Positions 1 to 8,711 of a DNA stretch of 52,092 bases are shown here, one piece after another. The DNA lies in sequence record NC_048845.1, one strand, 5' to 3'. The DNA is from Escherichia phage flopper. The stretch's first letter is position 1. Each line of letters starts with the position of its first letter. Under the pieces are notes generated by a model. That model had not been told where the DNA came from and made no database searches. It saw only the letters and a list, made by a program, of their open reading frames with translations. The position numbers and the translations under genes are program-made.

Positions 1-19
1 TCCAACTAATGTTTCAGAA
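1..19 (-). promoter_or_regulatory. conserved intergenic motif copy at the window edge
   Basis: TCCAACTAATGTTTCAGAA. Confidence 0.3.
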
Positions 20-80
20 TTATTCCAATATTCCAAACAAAAAGAATAATAAGAATAAATTAAATAAATGAAGAAAGTGC

Positions 81-110
81 TTGACACCCATTTGGCGATA
101 AGTGTATAAT
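81..110 (+). promoter_or_regulatory. near-consensus sigma70-type promoter on the plus strand (antisense to all genes)
   Basis: TTGACA (81-86), 18-nt spacer, TATAAT (105-110) with TG immediately upstream. Confidence 0.4.
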
Positions 111-140
111 GCCTTTCTTCCCTAAGTGGTCAGAATCAAA

Positions 141-158
141 TCCCACTAATGTTTCAGA
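141..158 (-). promoter_or_regulatory. conserved intergenic motif copy
   Basis: TCCCACTAATGTTTCAGA. Confidence 0.35.
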
Positions 159-220
159 CTAAAGCCGAAGGCCAATGCGAGTACAAACCCGCTTGGCACT
201 TCGAAGAAACCCGCCTGGAA

Positions 221-460
221 CTATAGTGTTTTCCAATCTGAGTCAAACAGCTCTTTCGGTCGTGTATAGATAGTAGAAGAGTCAATACTTAAGAAAGTGT
301 GGTCCCCGTACTTCTTCACTTCTTGGTAAGCAAACCCATCCACCCAACTTCCGCAGCGAGTTTTAATCTTTGTAGGCCCAAGAATACGATAGAAAGTGTT
401 TCGAGGCTGGTGGTGAACAATCAATCCAGCCTCAAGTTCAGCAATATTTAAATCACGCAT
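221..460 (-). CDS. hypothetical protein (start moved to internal ATG at 460)
   Basis: ORF 221..520 overlaps the upstream gene by 68 nt; the internal ATG at 460 gives an 8-nt ATGCGTGA start/stop overlap with the stop of 453..1001. Confidence 0.4.
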   Translation of the reverse strand: MRDLNIAELEAGLIVHHQPRNTFYRILGPTKIKTRCGSWVDGFAYQEVKKYGDHTFLSIDSSTIYTRPKELFDSDWKTL

Positions 461-1001
461 TTGAGAATAGTATCCCTTCGGAGAAAGTGTAGTCACTTCC
501 GTAATCTCTCGCAACTGCATCCCAATCGATATATGGACGAAGATGGTCTGGAACTTCTATGCCATCGTATTGCCGGAAGTAATCCGCAATTGAATCACAT
601 CGGGCAATAACCTTGTCGTTCAAGTCATCCACAGTGAAAATATCAATATCACCACTACGGAATGCTGCAAGAATTACATCCAAATCGGTGTCAACAAGCA
701 GCTCATTGAACTTATCATATTTACGGATGCTGAACAGTCCATTGGCAAAGCAAACTTCGGTAACATCCTCTTCGTTTGATTCAATTACGTCATATGTGCC
801 GTCTTCTGGATATTCAATGCCATATTCTTCATGCAAATAATCCCGCATGTCGAAATCATAGTGACGCCAAGACAGGCCATCAATCCACGCATCTACAAAT
901 TCAGAATTAGTTTCGCCTGTGTAGAAACGAACCAATAAGGTTTCATCTCTACGCCAGGACTTAAGTTGTTCCACTGCTTGAGTAATGTTATCGTTTTGCA
1001 T
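453..1001 (-). CDS. hypothetical highly acidic protein (D/E and aromatic rich)
   Basis: 182-aa ORF with high Asp/Glu content; no recognisable catalytic motif. Confidence 0.5.
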   Translation of the reverse strand: MQNDNITQAVEQLKSWRRDETLLVRFYTGETNSEFVDAWIDGLSWRHYDFDMRDYLHEEYGIEYPEDGTYDVIESNEEDVTEVCFANGLFSIRKYDKFNELLVDTDLDVILAAFRSGDIDIFTVDDLNDKVIARCDSIADYFRQYDGIEVPDHLRPYIDWDAVARDYGSDYTFSEGILFSNA

Positions 1002-1278
1002 TGAGTTTCTCCCAAGTACCTCTCAATTCTGTGTCCAGAATCTTAAGTTGATTGATTCGCTCATTCCCACCTTTGATAAGTGCACTGAGGATAGCAGCCT
1101 TCTCGTTGTAACTGACAGTGTAGACTACATCGTCAAGTTCCATAGTGTACTGCATCTTCTTTTCATCACCTACGTTAATTGATAGGTGCTGGTGGAGAAT
1201 ATTCTCTGCACGGATGGTTCTTGACTCCAGTGCATTCAACTCTCTTGGAATATCTTCGTAATTCATCGGATGCTCCAT
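988..1278 (-). CDS. hypothetical protein
   Basis: 96-aa ORF tightly packed with neighbours on the same strand. Confidence 0.45.
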   Translation of the reverse strand: MEHPMNYEDIPRELNALESRTIRAENILHQHLSINVGDEKKMQYTMELDDVVYTVSYNEKAAILSALIKGGNERINQLKILDTELRGTWEKLNAKR

Positions 1279-1286
1279 TGATTAAG

Positions 1287-1685
1287 TTATGCTGGAAGTT
1301 CGAAGTGCGGTGCGTCGAGGAACTTGGCCCATTTCACTGGCTTAGTGAAGGTCCGTTCCCATGTTCCGCCCCAACGAATAACAACTCCAAGCTCTTCTGC
1401 GGCTTTGAACATATGTTCAGCCACAGTTTGGAATCGTTCGAGGTCATTCCAGTCAATTGGATATGGTGCAATATCTAAAGCATTGCCTGACATGTGTCGG
1501 CTAACTGAAACTTTGGTTGCACCCTTCATTAACAGCTCTTGCTGACGCTCATAAGTGCGCAATCCTTCAAGAACAGTTACATCAAACGGCATTGTTTCAC
1601 ATGCACGCTTGAAAACTGCTACCAATGAGGGATTTACACCTTTGAGTCGGTCAAGTGAACGTTGGCCCAGTTTGACGTTAGACAT
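1287..1685 (-). CDS. peptidase M15-family peptidoglycan hydrolase (L-alanyl-D-glutamate peptidase-like)
   Basis: 132 aa with the SxHxxGxAxD zinc-binding signature (SRHMSGNALDIAP) and a size typical of small phage M15 endolysins; no signal peptide. Confidence 0.65.
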   Translation of the reverse strand: MSNVKLGQRSLDRLKGVNPSLVAVFKRACETMPFDVTVLEGLRTYERQQELLMKGATKVSVSRHMSGNALDIAPYPIDWNDLERFQTVAEHMFKAAEELGVVIRWGGTWERTFTKPVKWAKFLDAPHFELPA

Positions 1686-1947
1686 TTTTCAACTCCTGGT
1701 CCAAAGTTTCTTGCAGTGTTGCAAGTAAATTCTCAAGTGTTTCAACACGCTTTTCCAGTTCAGCAAGACGGTCTTCCTGAATCTGGATAAACTGTGCACG
1801 ATTCATTGAAAACCAGATATTGTCTGTGAACAGCTGGATTTCTTCGGACGTTGAGCCTTGCTCTTTCAGTGTTTTTACACGTTCTGAGTGAGTTGCAAGC
1901 TCTTGTTTTGCTGCCTCAAGATGGTCAGCTAGTTCTTCAACTTTCAC
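1678..1947 (-). CDS. hypothetical coiled-coil protein
   Basis: 89 aa with heptad-like Leu/Glu-rich sequence. Confidence 0.45.
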   Translation of the reverse strand: MKVEELADHLEAAKQELATHSERVKTLKEQGSTSEEIQLFTDNIWFSMNRAQFIQIQEDRLAELEKRVETLENLLATLQETLDQELKNV

Positions 1948-2170
1948 GGAATGGATTTCCTGTTGGGTTGATGGTTAATTTAAAAGATACAAGCTCCCGA
2001 TTGATTTCGGTTGTTCCTTCTACTGTGGCTGTAGTCAGAATAGCTGCATCTTTCCCTACTCGCTCCAAGAATTTAACTACTCGGTCGCGAATTACTGACC
2101 AGTGACGATATTCGCAACTGGATTCAAGTAAGTACGGTACTCCATCAATGGTAAATTCGGATGACGTCAT
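1937..2170 (-). CDS. hypothetical protein
   Basis: 77-aa ORF, same-strand packing. Confidence 0.4.
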   Translation of the reverse strand: MTSSEFTIDGVPYLLESSCEYRHWSVIRDRVVKFLERVGKDAAILTTATVEGTTEINRELVSFKLTINPTGNPFRES

Positions 2171-2517
2171 TTAACTTCCTTACAATATGTTGATAACAGT
2201 GGAAATTTGGCATGAAAGAAGTCAATGTCACGATAAATCTGTAGCACTAAACGTTCCTCAGCGTCAACACCAACTAAAGCCAGCTTACTGCTCTGTGTGT
2301 TATAGAACACTGTGGACATTGGGTTAGGATTCCCGTTATCTGGAACCTCAATCCAAGTACCTTCGTGCAAAGAAATTGTTGCAATGAGTGGCTGGCTCAT
2401 TGTAATTGTTTCAACGGACATTTTATATCCGCCACATTGAAAGTTTCGGACAGATGCTTCCGATTTGAATGCGAACACTCCAAATAAGATTGTCAGTGCA
2501 ATGTATAAAGTTTTCAC
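2167..2517 (-). CDS. hypothetical secreted protein
   Basis: N-terminal signal-peptide-like segment MKTLYIALTILFGVFAFKSEA followed by a polar domain. Confidence 0.5.
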   Translation of the reverse strand: MKTLYIALTILFGVFAFKSEASVRNFQCGGYKMSVETITMSQPLIATISLHEGTWIEVPDNGNPNPMSTVFYNTQSSKLALVGVDAEERLVLQIYRDIDFFHAKFPLLSTYCKEVK

Positions 2518-2705
2518 GGAATTAATGCCTCTGAACTATTTTAGATACAGTGTGTAACTTACCTTTATAAAGAATTGCACACCCAACTGTAATAAATTGT
2601 GTATTAAGTGTTGAAATTGGCTCGTCAACACCTTCAAGATAAATATCCCACATAAATCCTCCAATAATTAATCGAGGCCACTCGAAGTGGAATGACCTCT
2701 GTTAA

Positions 2706-3422
2706 TTACAGCTTCTTGATAAGCTCTGCGGATTTGCTTGCGGCAGCTTTCATTTCATCGCGTGCGGCTTTAGTGATTGATGCCTTGTCCACGCGAATGT
2801 TGCAGTTGCTGATTGCAATCTTGCCATCTTCTGTCGGTGCAAGCTGGGATAGTTCCAGCATTTGCTCCAGCTTTTGCAGAAGAATACGTTGTGCTTCAAT
2901 TGCATTTTGAATATTTAGAGTTTCCATAACTGCTCTTACCTTTCTTGAATAAGTTCCAGATAATGTCAGACGTACTTGCAAACCTTTTACGCCATCATAG
3001 TCAATATTGACTTTGTTGAATGGAGAATTTGGATGCTTGTACACATTTGTAACAGTTGCCCAATTGGCGTTGTACCAAATAACATCACCAACTTCCACAT
3101 CTTTTCCGAGAACATCTTCTTCATCGGATACTTTCTGCTTATTGAACTCTTCTACAGGAAGGAATACTGGAGTTACTATTGGAGTTATTTGGTTGGAAAA
3201 CTCAATTGTTGGAGTTTCCGAAGCTGGTGGCCTGTCCAACACTTTGACTATGCGCTCAAACTCAAAATTGTAATATCCACCAGAATATTGGAGTTGAACT
3301 ACAGAACTAAATCGTACAACCCTTTCAATTAAATATTCTCTGTTGCTGTATACTAGTACGTCCCCAGCTTTAACTAAATTGGCAGGTATTTCGACAAATT
3401 TATTTGCCATGATATTCCTCAC
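2706..3422 (-). CDS. hypothetical protein
   Basis: 238-aa ORF; start ambiguous (ATG at 3422 or 3410). Confidence 0.5.
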   Translation of the reverse strand: MRNIMANKFVEIPANLVKAGDVLVYSNREYLIERVVRFSSVVQLQYSGGYYNFEFERIVKVLDRPPASETPTIEFSNQITPIVTPVFLPVEEFNKQKVSDEEDVLGKDVEVGDVIWYNANWATVTNVYKHPNSPFNKVNIDYDGVKGLQVRLTLSGTYSRKVRAVMETLNIQNAIEAQRILLQKLEQMLELSQLAPTEDGKIAISNCNIRVDKASITKAARDEMKAAASKSAELIKKL

Positions 3423-3531
3423 GCATTGTTGAACAGTGTTTGCACACCCAAATGGTTACATAATCGTTTTCGTGTGAAATTTCCCAATTATGTAGCCCTA
3501 TAAAACATAGAATTTTCATAGGGCATCTCCA

Positions 3532-3906
3532 TTAGAACGGAATGTCGTCGTCGAAGTCTTTCGGCTCGTTCGGGTTGTAGTTGCTCTGCTGTTGTTGCTG
3601 AGCAGGTGCTTGCTGTTGTGCAGAAGGTTGCTGACGTTGCTGTTGCTGTTGAGCGGCAGCTTGAGGTTGAGCTTTGGCTTTAGCCTTCTCTTCACGCTTA
3701 CGCATCATTTCATCAACCTGTTCCTGAGTCATGATGGTTAATGCAAGTGAGGTAAACTCATTACCATTTGCTTGCTTGTTCCAACCAGATACCCAATACC
3801 AGATTCCGTCAACGTTAATACGCCCACGAATGTCGGGATGTTTTGGGTCTTTCTTGAAGCCGTTAGGACCGATGATGCCAGTGTTTACATCTGAATATTG
3901 TGCCAT
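3532..3906 (-). CDS. small SSB-like protein with SSB C-terminal tip
   Basis: 124 aa; Gln-rich linker and C-terminus NEPKDFDDDIPF, matching the E. coli SSB tail (...MDFDDDIPF); the N-terminal domain is only ~65 aa. Confidence 0.55.
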   Translation of the reverse strand: MAQYSDVNTGIIGPNGFKKDPKHPDIRGRINVDGIWYWVSGWNKQANGNEFTSLALTIMTQEQVDEMMRKREEKAKAKAQPQAAAQQQQQRQQPSAQQQAPAQQQQQSNYNPNEPKDFDDDIPF

Positions 3907-3982
3907 GATTAAGATTCTCTTAAGTTAATTACAGTTTAAGTTTCAGCGACATTGCTAACCACGGAATAGCTTTGTCCCTCTT

Positions 3983-4000
3983 ATCCAACTAATTGGATTA
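3983..4000 (-). promoter_or_regulatory. conserved intergenic motif copy upstream of the SSB-like gene
   Basis: TATCCAACTAATtgGAtt about 77 nt upstream of the start at 3906. Confidence 0.35.
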
Positions 4001-4031
4001 TTCGGGTACACTCGTAAATGCACCCTGATAA

Positions 4032-4565
4032 TCACTCAGATACAAATTTCTCAAACCTCGCTACTACAGCAGGGTCAAACAGGTTAAAACAAGGTATTCC
4101 AGACTGCACTGCAACCTGATATGCAGTGTTGGTGCCTCCGCTCACACCAGTTGATGTTGTCGGAGCATACAAGATACAGAACTTGGATGGGGTGTCTAAG
4201 TTAAGCCCAAGTACCTGACTAACATTTCGTGCCTGTAGTTTCCAAAATCCTCTGTATTTGTCGAGGTTTCTTGTCTCTTTCTTGTGAATTAGTGGGTTTA
4301 CGTTTTCAACACTTTGCAGGTATTCCCAATTTCGATTCAGGTCCGGCACTACGCCACCATAACTTCCAAAACCATTCCAAGGTATAAAGTTCTCTGTCCT
4401 TCCGTTGCAGCCAGCCAGGAATGCTTCGTCAGCACCTTGAGCACCTCCCGTACGAACTACCCAACCAAGTCTGGCCAGTTTGGAAGCCACTTTAGTCAGC
4501 AGTTCGCAAATATGCCCGGGAGTTTCACGACTTCCCACACCAGTGTAAAACATAAATACCTCCAA
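4032..4565 (-). CDS. SLOG/DprA-like Rossmann-fold protein
   Basis: GVGSRETP...(n)...VVRTGGAQGADEAF resembles the GxGSR...SGGAxGxD motif of the DprA/Smf/YpsA superfamily. Confidence 0.5.
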   Translation of the reverse strand: MEVFMFYTGVGSRETPGHICELLTKVASKLARLGWVVRTGGAQGADEAFLAGCNGRTENFIPWNGFGSYGGVVPDLNRNWEYLQSVENVNPLIHKKETRNLDKYRGFWKLQARNVSQVLGLNLDTPSKFCILYAPTTSTGVSGGTNTAYQVAVQSGIPCFNLFDPAVVARFEKFVSE

Positions 4566-4580
4566 AAGTTGTTATTCACA

Positions 4581-4597
4581 CTCAACTAATGTTAGAT
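4581..4597 (-). promoter_or_regulatory. conserved intergenic motif copy
   Basis: CTCAACTAATGTTAGAT 16 nt upstream of the start at 4565. Confidence 0.35.
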
Positions 4598-4632
4598 TAA
4601 TCAGGAACACTCAATGAATGCTCCTTGTTAAT

Positions 4633-4920
4633 TTACATCATCTTTGAAATTGGAATTGGGTCCATGTTTGATTCAGGTTTATACCAACTGACTTCGCCAG
4701 AATCTTTCACAAGTTCCCAATTATCGGAGAATGTACGATAACATAAATTGCGGTTATCGTCATTAACGACAAAACCCAAAGGAGATTGAATATACGCACC
4801 GAGTGTACCGTTGTTACGAGGAACTCCGTCACCACGACCTGCGACGATTTTGTATTTCTTGCCGCTGGTAAAGTTGTAGTTTGTTTTACCAACATAACGT
4901 AAGACTGAATTCTTGTTCAT
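4633..4920 (-). CDS. hypothetical protein
   Basis: 95-aa ORF. Confidence 0.45.
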   Translation of the reverse strand: MNKNSVLRYVGKTNYNFTSGKKYKIVAGRGDGVPRNNGTLGAYIQSPLGFVVNDDNRNLCYRTFSDNWELVKDSGEVSWYKPESNMDPIPISKMM

Positions 4921-5150
4921 TGCTTTAGTTTCTCCAAAGCGGATAATACGGAATCTCCAGAACCACTAATCACAAGCGTTTCTCCTGGAAGATTGTAGGA
5001 TATGTAAGAGAACGTCCATTTTACAATAGTTCTCTGATACGATGAGCTGTATTTATCAGACAGCTCTATATCTTGCCTTGCATCGTTTAGCAAGAACTCC
5101 TGCCCATTGATGGTCAGTTGCTTAAACATTTCGATATAATTCTTACCCAC
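4917..5150 (-). CDS. hypothetical protein
   Basis: 77-aa ORF with 4-nt overlap to its neighbour. Confidence 0.4.
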   Translation of the reverse strand: MGKNYIEMFKQLTINGQEFLLNDARQDIELSDKYSSSYQRTIVKWTFSYISYNLPGETLVISGSGDSVLSALEKLKQ

Positions 5151-5433
5151 GCTTCACCTTCTCCCATTTGGATAAACCACCTTCAAGATTGAAGATGCGA
5201 TTGCAACCAGATTCATCTTTGATGACAAACTGAGTTCCGGTTAACTGGATTGGCTCAAGTGCACCAAATATTATCTTGGGACCAGACAAGCTGGTGGCAA
5301 GAACTTCATATGCTTTGCTTGGGCAAATATCAAAAGCAAAGTCACGAGTGTAAACTAAGTCACCAACTTTCAAGTATGCTGGCAACAAGCGACCTGTGGC
5401 TGGGTCACGTTGTAGACGAGTACGCTGTTTCAT
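5143..5433 (-). CDS. hypothetical protein
   Basis: 96-aa ORF. Confidence 0.45.
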   Translation of the reverse strand: MKQRTRLQRDPATGRLLPAYLKVGDLVYTRDFAFDICPSKAYEVLATSLSGPKIIFGALEPIQLTGTQFVIKDESGCNRIFNLEGGLSKWEKVKRG

Positions 5434-5496
5434 AAATGCTCCAAGTTAATTAATAATATTCAGCAACCACTCTCATTACAAAAGTGGTTGAGGAAA

Positions 5497-5703
5497 TTAT
5501 TTAATCTCTTCCCAAGTCCAGACACTACCTTTTAGTGGAACTTTTTCGCCAATGTTCCAGTAGGGTCTTCCGTTTACAGCCATTCGGTTGCCAACATTCG
5601 AAATAACTATTCGAGTGCCTACCAGTTCTCCTTCAATCACATCTCCGACTTTCGGAGTATGTTCAGATGAAGAGGTTGATTTCACACATTTAAACTTTGT
5701 CAT
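5497..5703 (-). CDS. hypothetical protein, paralog A (KFKCV...WTW family)
   Basis: 68 aa; shares MxKFKCVxST, a GE-containing core and a WTW motif with the adjacent ORF. Confidence 0.45.
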   Translation of the reverse strand: MTKFKCVKSTSSSEHTPKVGDVIEGELVGTRIVISNVGNRMAVNGRPYWNIGEKVPLKGSVWTWEEIK

Positions 5704-5939
5704 TGTAATAAGCCTTGTTCACAAATATCTGCAAATTCTGCTTCATGGTCACGCTGCCATGTCCAGAATGCACCATTCATAGGCACTACAGCACCTTTAC
5801 GAAATGCTGGAGAAACACTCTCAGCCGATTTGGTCACTTTAAATTCCAAAGGTGAGATAGCTTCACCTTCAACGATGAAGCCAACTGGAACATAATCTTT
5901 GGTTGAAGCAACACATTTAAATTTCATGATATAAAACAC
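5700..5939 (-). CDS. hypothetical protein, paralog B (KFKCV...WTW family)
   Basis: 79 aa; tandem paralog of 5497..5703; the true start may be the internal ATG (MKFKCV). Confidence 0.45.
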   Translation of the reverse strand: MFYIMKFKCVASTKDYVPVGFIVEGEAISPLEFKVTKSAESVSPAFRKGAVVPMNGAFWTWQRDHEAEFADICEQGLLQ

Positions 5940-6192
5940 CTATCTCAGATTTGAGGTTAAATTCACGAAAGAAATCCATTGTTACAAAACGGATTTTACC
6001 TTCATCATCAACTACGTTACAGGAGATTTCGGAGTGGACCATACGGCCCAACTTCAAAGCAACTTCTGACAGGTTTGCTTCACCAGTGCCAGAAATAACT
6101 TCATAGATTTTATATGGTGTAAAGCCGCTTAAAGAGTTATTACGGCTTGGGACAATCATCATTCCGGTCTTAGTAGCCATAATAACTCCCAA
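5917..6192 (-). CDS. hypothetical protein
   Basis: 91-aa ORF. Confidence 0.4.
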   Translation of the reverse strand: MGVIMATKTGMMIVPSRNNSLSGFTPYKIYEVISGTGEANLSEVALKLGRMVHSEISCNVVDDEGKIRFVTMDFFREFNLKSEIGVLYHEI

Positions 6193-6195
6193 TTG

Positions 6196-6489
6196 TTATT
6201 TGGTTAGTGTTAGTCTGTCTATTTCTTCAAGCGCAACTGCAAGCCGTTGCTGCAAATGGTTTTTCGTTTGCAACAACTCTTCATAAGCTGCTTTTTCCGC
6301 TTCACGTAATTCACGTAAAGTGGATATTTCACTCTTGCAATCTGAAACCTGTTTCTCAAGTTCGGTAATGTGCTCACCAGCCAAAGCCAGAAGTGCAACA
6401 TCAACACGCATTGAGGTAAGAATATCGGGATTGCTTGGAATAGAATTCTTAGCAACATTTGCTACATCGAGGAATTTCTGAATTGACAT
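6196..6489 (-). CDS. hypothetical coiled-coil protein
   Basis: 97 aa, helical Leu/Glu-rich C-terminal half. Confidence 0.45.
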   Translation of the reverse strand: MSIQKFLDVANVAKNSIPSNPDILTSMRVDVALLALAGEHITELEKQVSDCKSEISTLRELREAEKAAYEELLQTKNHLQQRLAVALEEIDRLTLTK

Positions 6490-6582
6490 GTGATACCTAT
6501 TAATAGATTAAGAAGCTGCCCACAACGAGCAGCACTAAAGGGAACATTAAAACGCAGAATACGAGCTTCTTTACAATATCCA

Positions 6583-6768
6583 TTATTTCACCAGGAAGTA
6601 GAGAGCAATCAGAAATCCAACACATGCAATGATTGTTGGCATATAATTATCAATTTTACGATATTGACGTTCAACTGGCTTCTTGCCCTTGATGGCTTCC
6701 ATCAGTTCTTGATGATTAATCTGCTGCATGAATGTGTTGAATTGCTGGTCGTTCATTTTATACTCCAA
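6583..6768 (-). CDS. small membrane protein (C-terminal TM helix)
   Basis: 61 aa ending in the hydrophobic segment IIACVGFLIALYFLV. Confidence 0.4.
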   Translation of the reverse strand: MEYKMNDQQFNTFMQQINHQELMEAIKGKKPVERQYRKIDNYMPTIIACVGFLIALYFLVK

Positions 6769-6913
6769 TTCCCAAAGACTAGATTAACGATTTTAGCCAC
6801 CTTACGTGCTGGCATACGAGGATTTGCAGCTCTTGCTAATTTCTTAGCCTTACGCTTTGAAGCACCGTACATAGCCATATATGTAACCGTTTTGGTCATA
6901 TATTTGAGCTTCT

Positions 6914-7102
6914 TCATTTAGCCTCCAGAATTTGGCTTAATGAACTGAACACGATTTCCTCATGTTCGTCAGGTGTACATGCGTTGATGTATTCAAAGTC
7001 ATACCCAACAAACTTCTCCGCCCACTGTTGCAAACGAAGTAAAGAATTGAAGTACAATCTTTGCTCCACACCATTTAACTTAAAGTAGACGATGAAGTCC
7101 AT
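6914..7102 (-). CDS. hypothetical protein
   Basis: 62-aa ORF. Confidence 0.35.
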   Translation of the reverse strand: MDFIVYFKLNGVEQRLYFNSLLRLQQWAEKFVGYDFEYINACTPDEHEEIVFSSLSQILEAK

Positions 7103-7117
7103 GTTTACTCCTATGTA

Positions 7118-7336
7118 TTAAACTTCAATTGACTCTTGAACTAAATCAGAAGCAGAGATTTCTTTAAACTCTTCCTCGGTAAAAGTTCTCTCATTGTCAT
7201 TTAATAAAACACCAATGCTAGAATCACCAACGAATACGGCATTTACATTAATGTCATCTTCCAAAACTTTTTGCAGATGTTCTCCGCCACGCGTAAAGAA
7301 GATTGCACCATCTTCCAAATCTTTAAAACGAGTCAC
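7118..7336 (-). CDS. hypothetical protein
   Basis: 72-aa ORF, first gene downstream of the 1.1-kb non-coding region. Confidence 0.4.
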   Translation of the reverse strand: MTRFKDLEDGAIFFTRGGEHLQKVLEDDINVNAVFVGDSSIGVLLNDNERTFTEEEFKEISASDLVQESIEV

Positions 7337-7530
7337 TTTATTCTCCTAAGTTAAAGAAAACTCCCTACAGAACGATTGTGGAGGTCTTGTCTTACCTCAA
7401 TCCACCTTAAAGTTGTAGGGAGTATGTGACACAGCAAGTGCCGAAGAACTACAATGATTAGCTTGGAGACATAATCTCTCTAAAATCTGTCACACAATTT
7501 CAGCAGAGTTTACAGAGATTTGGTCTTATT

Positions 7531-8360
7531 CACATGCAACTAATGATAAATGGACATGCTTAATTGCAACTAATTCATCTGCCAAATAGACGAATTTTGT
7601 CACAATTAAACATGCGTCATTAATTACAGGTTTACTCCCACACTTAACGTATTTGGCACATTAAGATTGGAGCAAGCAGGTACGGAAAACCGACCATGTA
7701 CAGCATAATAAAACTAATTAAATAAAGGGTTTTATCCCAATATTGTCACAATATTACATGCGATGATAAAGCCTTCGCTTGGCTGGAAGCCAGTATTCAT
7801 GCGGGTTGCAAGAATATTGGGTCAATACTGATACAGCTATTACATGCGAAATTGGCACAAATACTGTTACAAAATTAACATGCCAGATTGGTAGACGATT
7901 GTATCTTCGAGGTGATTAGTCCTCTAACAATTCTGCCACATTCCAACATGCCAATTTGTAGCAATATTTACATGCCATACTGCGACAATATTGTCACAAT
8001 ATTTGTTGCTCAAAATCGGGCGGGCTACGGGATTAGTTTCGCGGCTTTGCTCCGACTCTTCTCTTCTTTCGAATTCTGATTGAAAGAAAGAAGCATGTCC
8101 AAAAGTTCCAATATTACAAAAGTTATCTCCCGGCTTGTGGGTGGGCCTTTATAATAGGAGATGGAGCAATATTGTCGCAATTGAACATGCTTTAGTTGAA
8201 GAACAGTTTCGGATGATAATCCTACTTCACACATGGTTGCTGGAACTTTGTCCGGCCAAAGACAGGGAGTTCAATGATTGCCACATCATTACAACACTGT
8301 ATGTTTAGTTGACATGCTGAAATGTTTCTAGAATGATTTCAACATGACATGCGGAATACT
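7531..8360. repeat. cluster of at least 12 ACATGC half-site repeats in a non-coding region (candidate origin/regulatory region)
   Basis: Plus-strand ACATGC (often as ttACATGC / aACATGCc) recurs about 12 times in ~830 bp, plus aatattgtcacaatatt-type elements and a hairpin cttctttc-N11-gaaagaag near 8058-8095. Confidence 0.5.
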
Positions 8361-8381
8361 TCTCCGTATTCTGTTACTTCA

Positions 8382-8402
8382 CATCCAACTAATGTTACAG
8401 AT
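8382..8402 (-). promoter_or_regulatory. conserved intergenic motif copy at the edge of the ACATGC-rich region
   Basis: CATCCAACTAATGTTACAGAT. Confidence 0.35.
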
Positions 8403-8469
8403 GGCTACAATATTGAAGCCAGCTCTAAGATTAATTAGAACAAAAATAGGGAGCCGAAGCTCCCAAGTA

Positions 8470-8694
8470 TCAGAACGGTATCTCTGTATCAAAGTATCCA
8501 GAATTGTGTAGGAATGAGTGCAATAGTACATGCGACTCTTGTTTATATTCTGCTAACAATTCTAAGAAGTCTTTAGTCTCCTCCACTGTAGGACGAGATA
8601 AATTACTCATATCACAGGTGTGATGAGGATTGAAACAGTTTTCGATTTGATTGATTTGTTGAGTATTCATTGTAGTCTCCAAGTTTGTGGTCAT
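8470..8694 (-). CDS. hypothetical protein
   Basis: 74-aa ORF immediately downstream of the RNA polymerase gene. Confidence 0.35.
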   Translation of the reverse strand: MTTNLETTMNTQQINQIENCFNPHHTCDMSNLSRPTVEETKDFLELLAEYKQESHVLLHSFLHNSGYFDTEIPF

Positions 8695-8711
8695 CCTTGA
8701 CCCAATTAATG

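Noticed and set aside
8025-8234. The 69-aa minus-strand ORF inside the 1.1-kb non-coding region.
   Set aside because: No RBS, atypical composition, and it overlaps the repeat and hairpin elements; probably spurious.
7531-8360. The ACATGC repeat cluster as a CRISPR array.
   Set aside because: The repeats are only 6-9 bp, irregularly spaced and not separated by uniform spacers.
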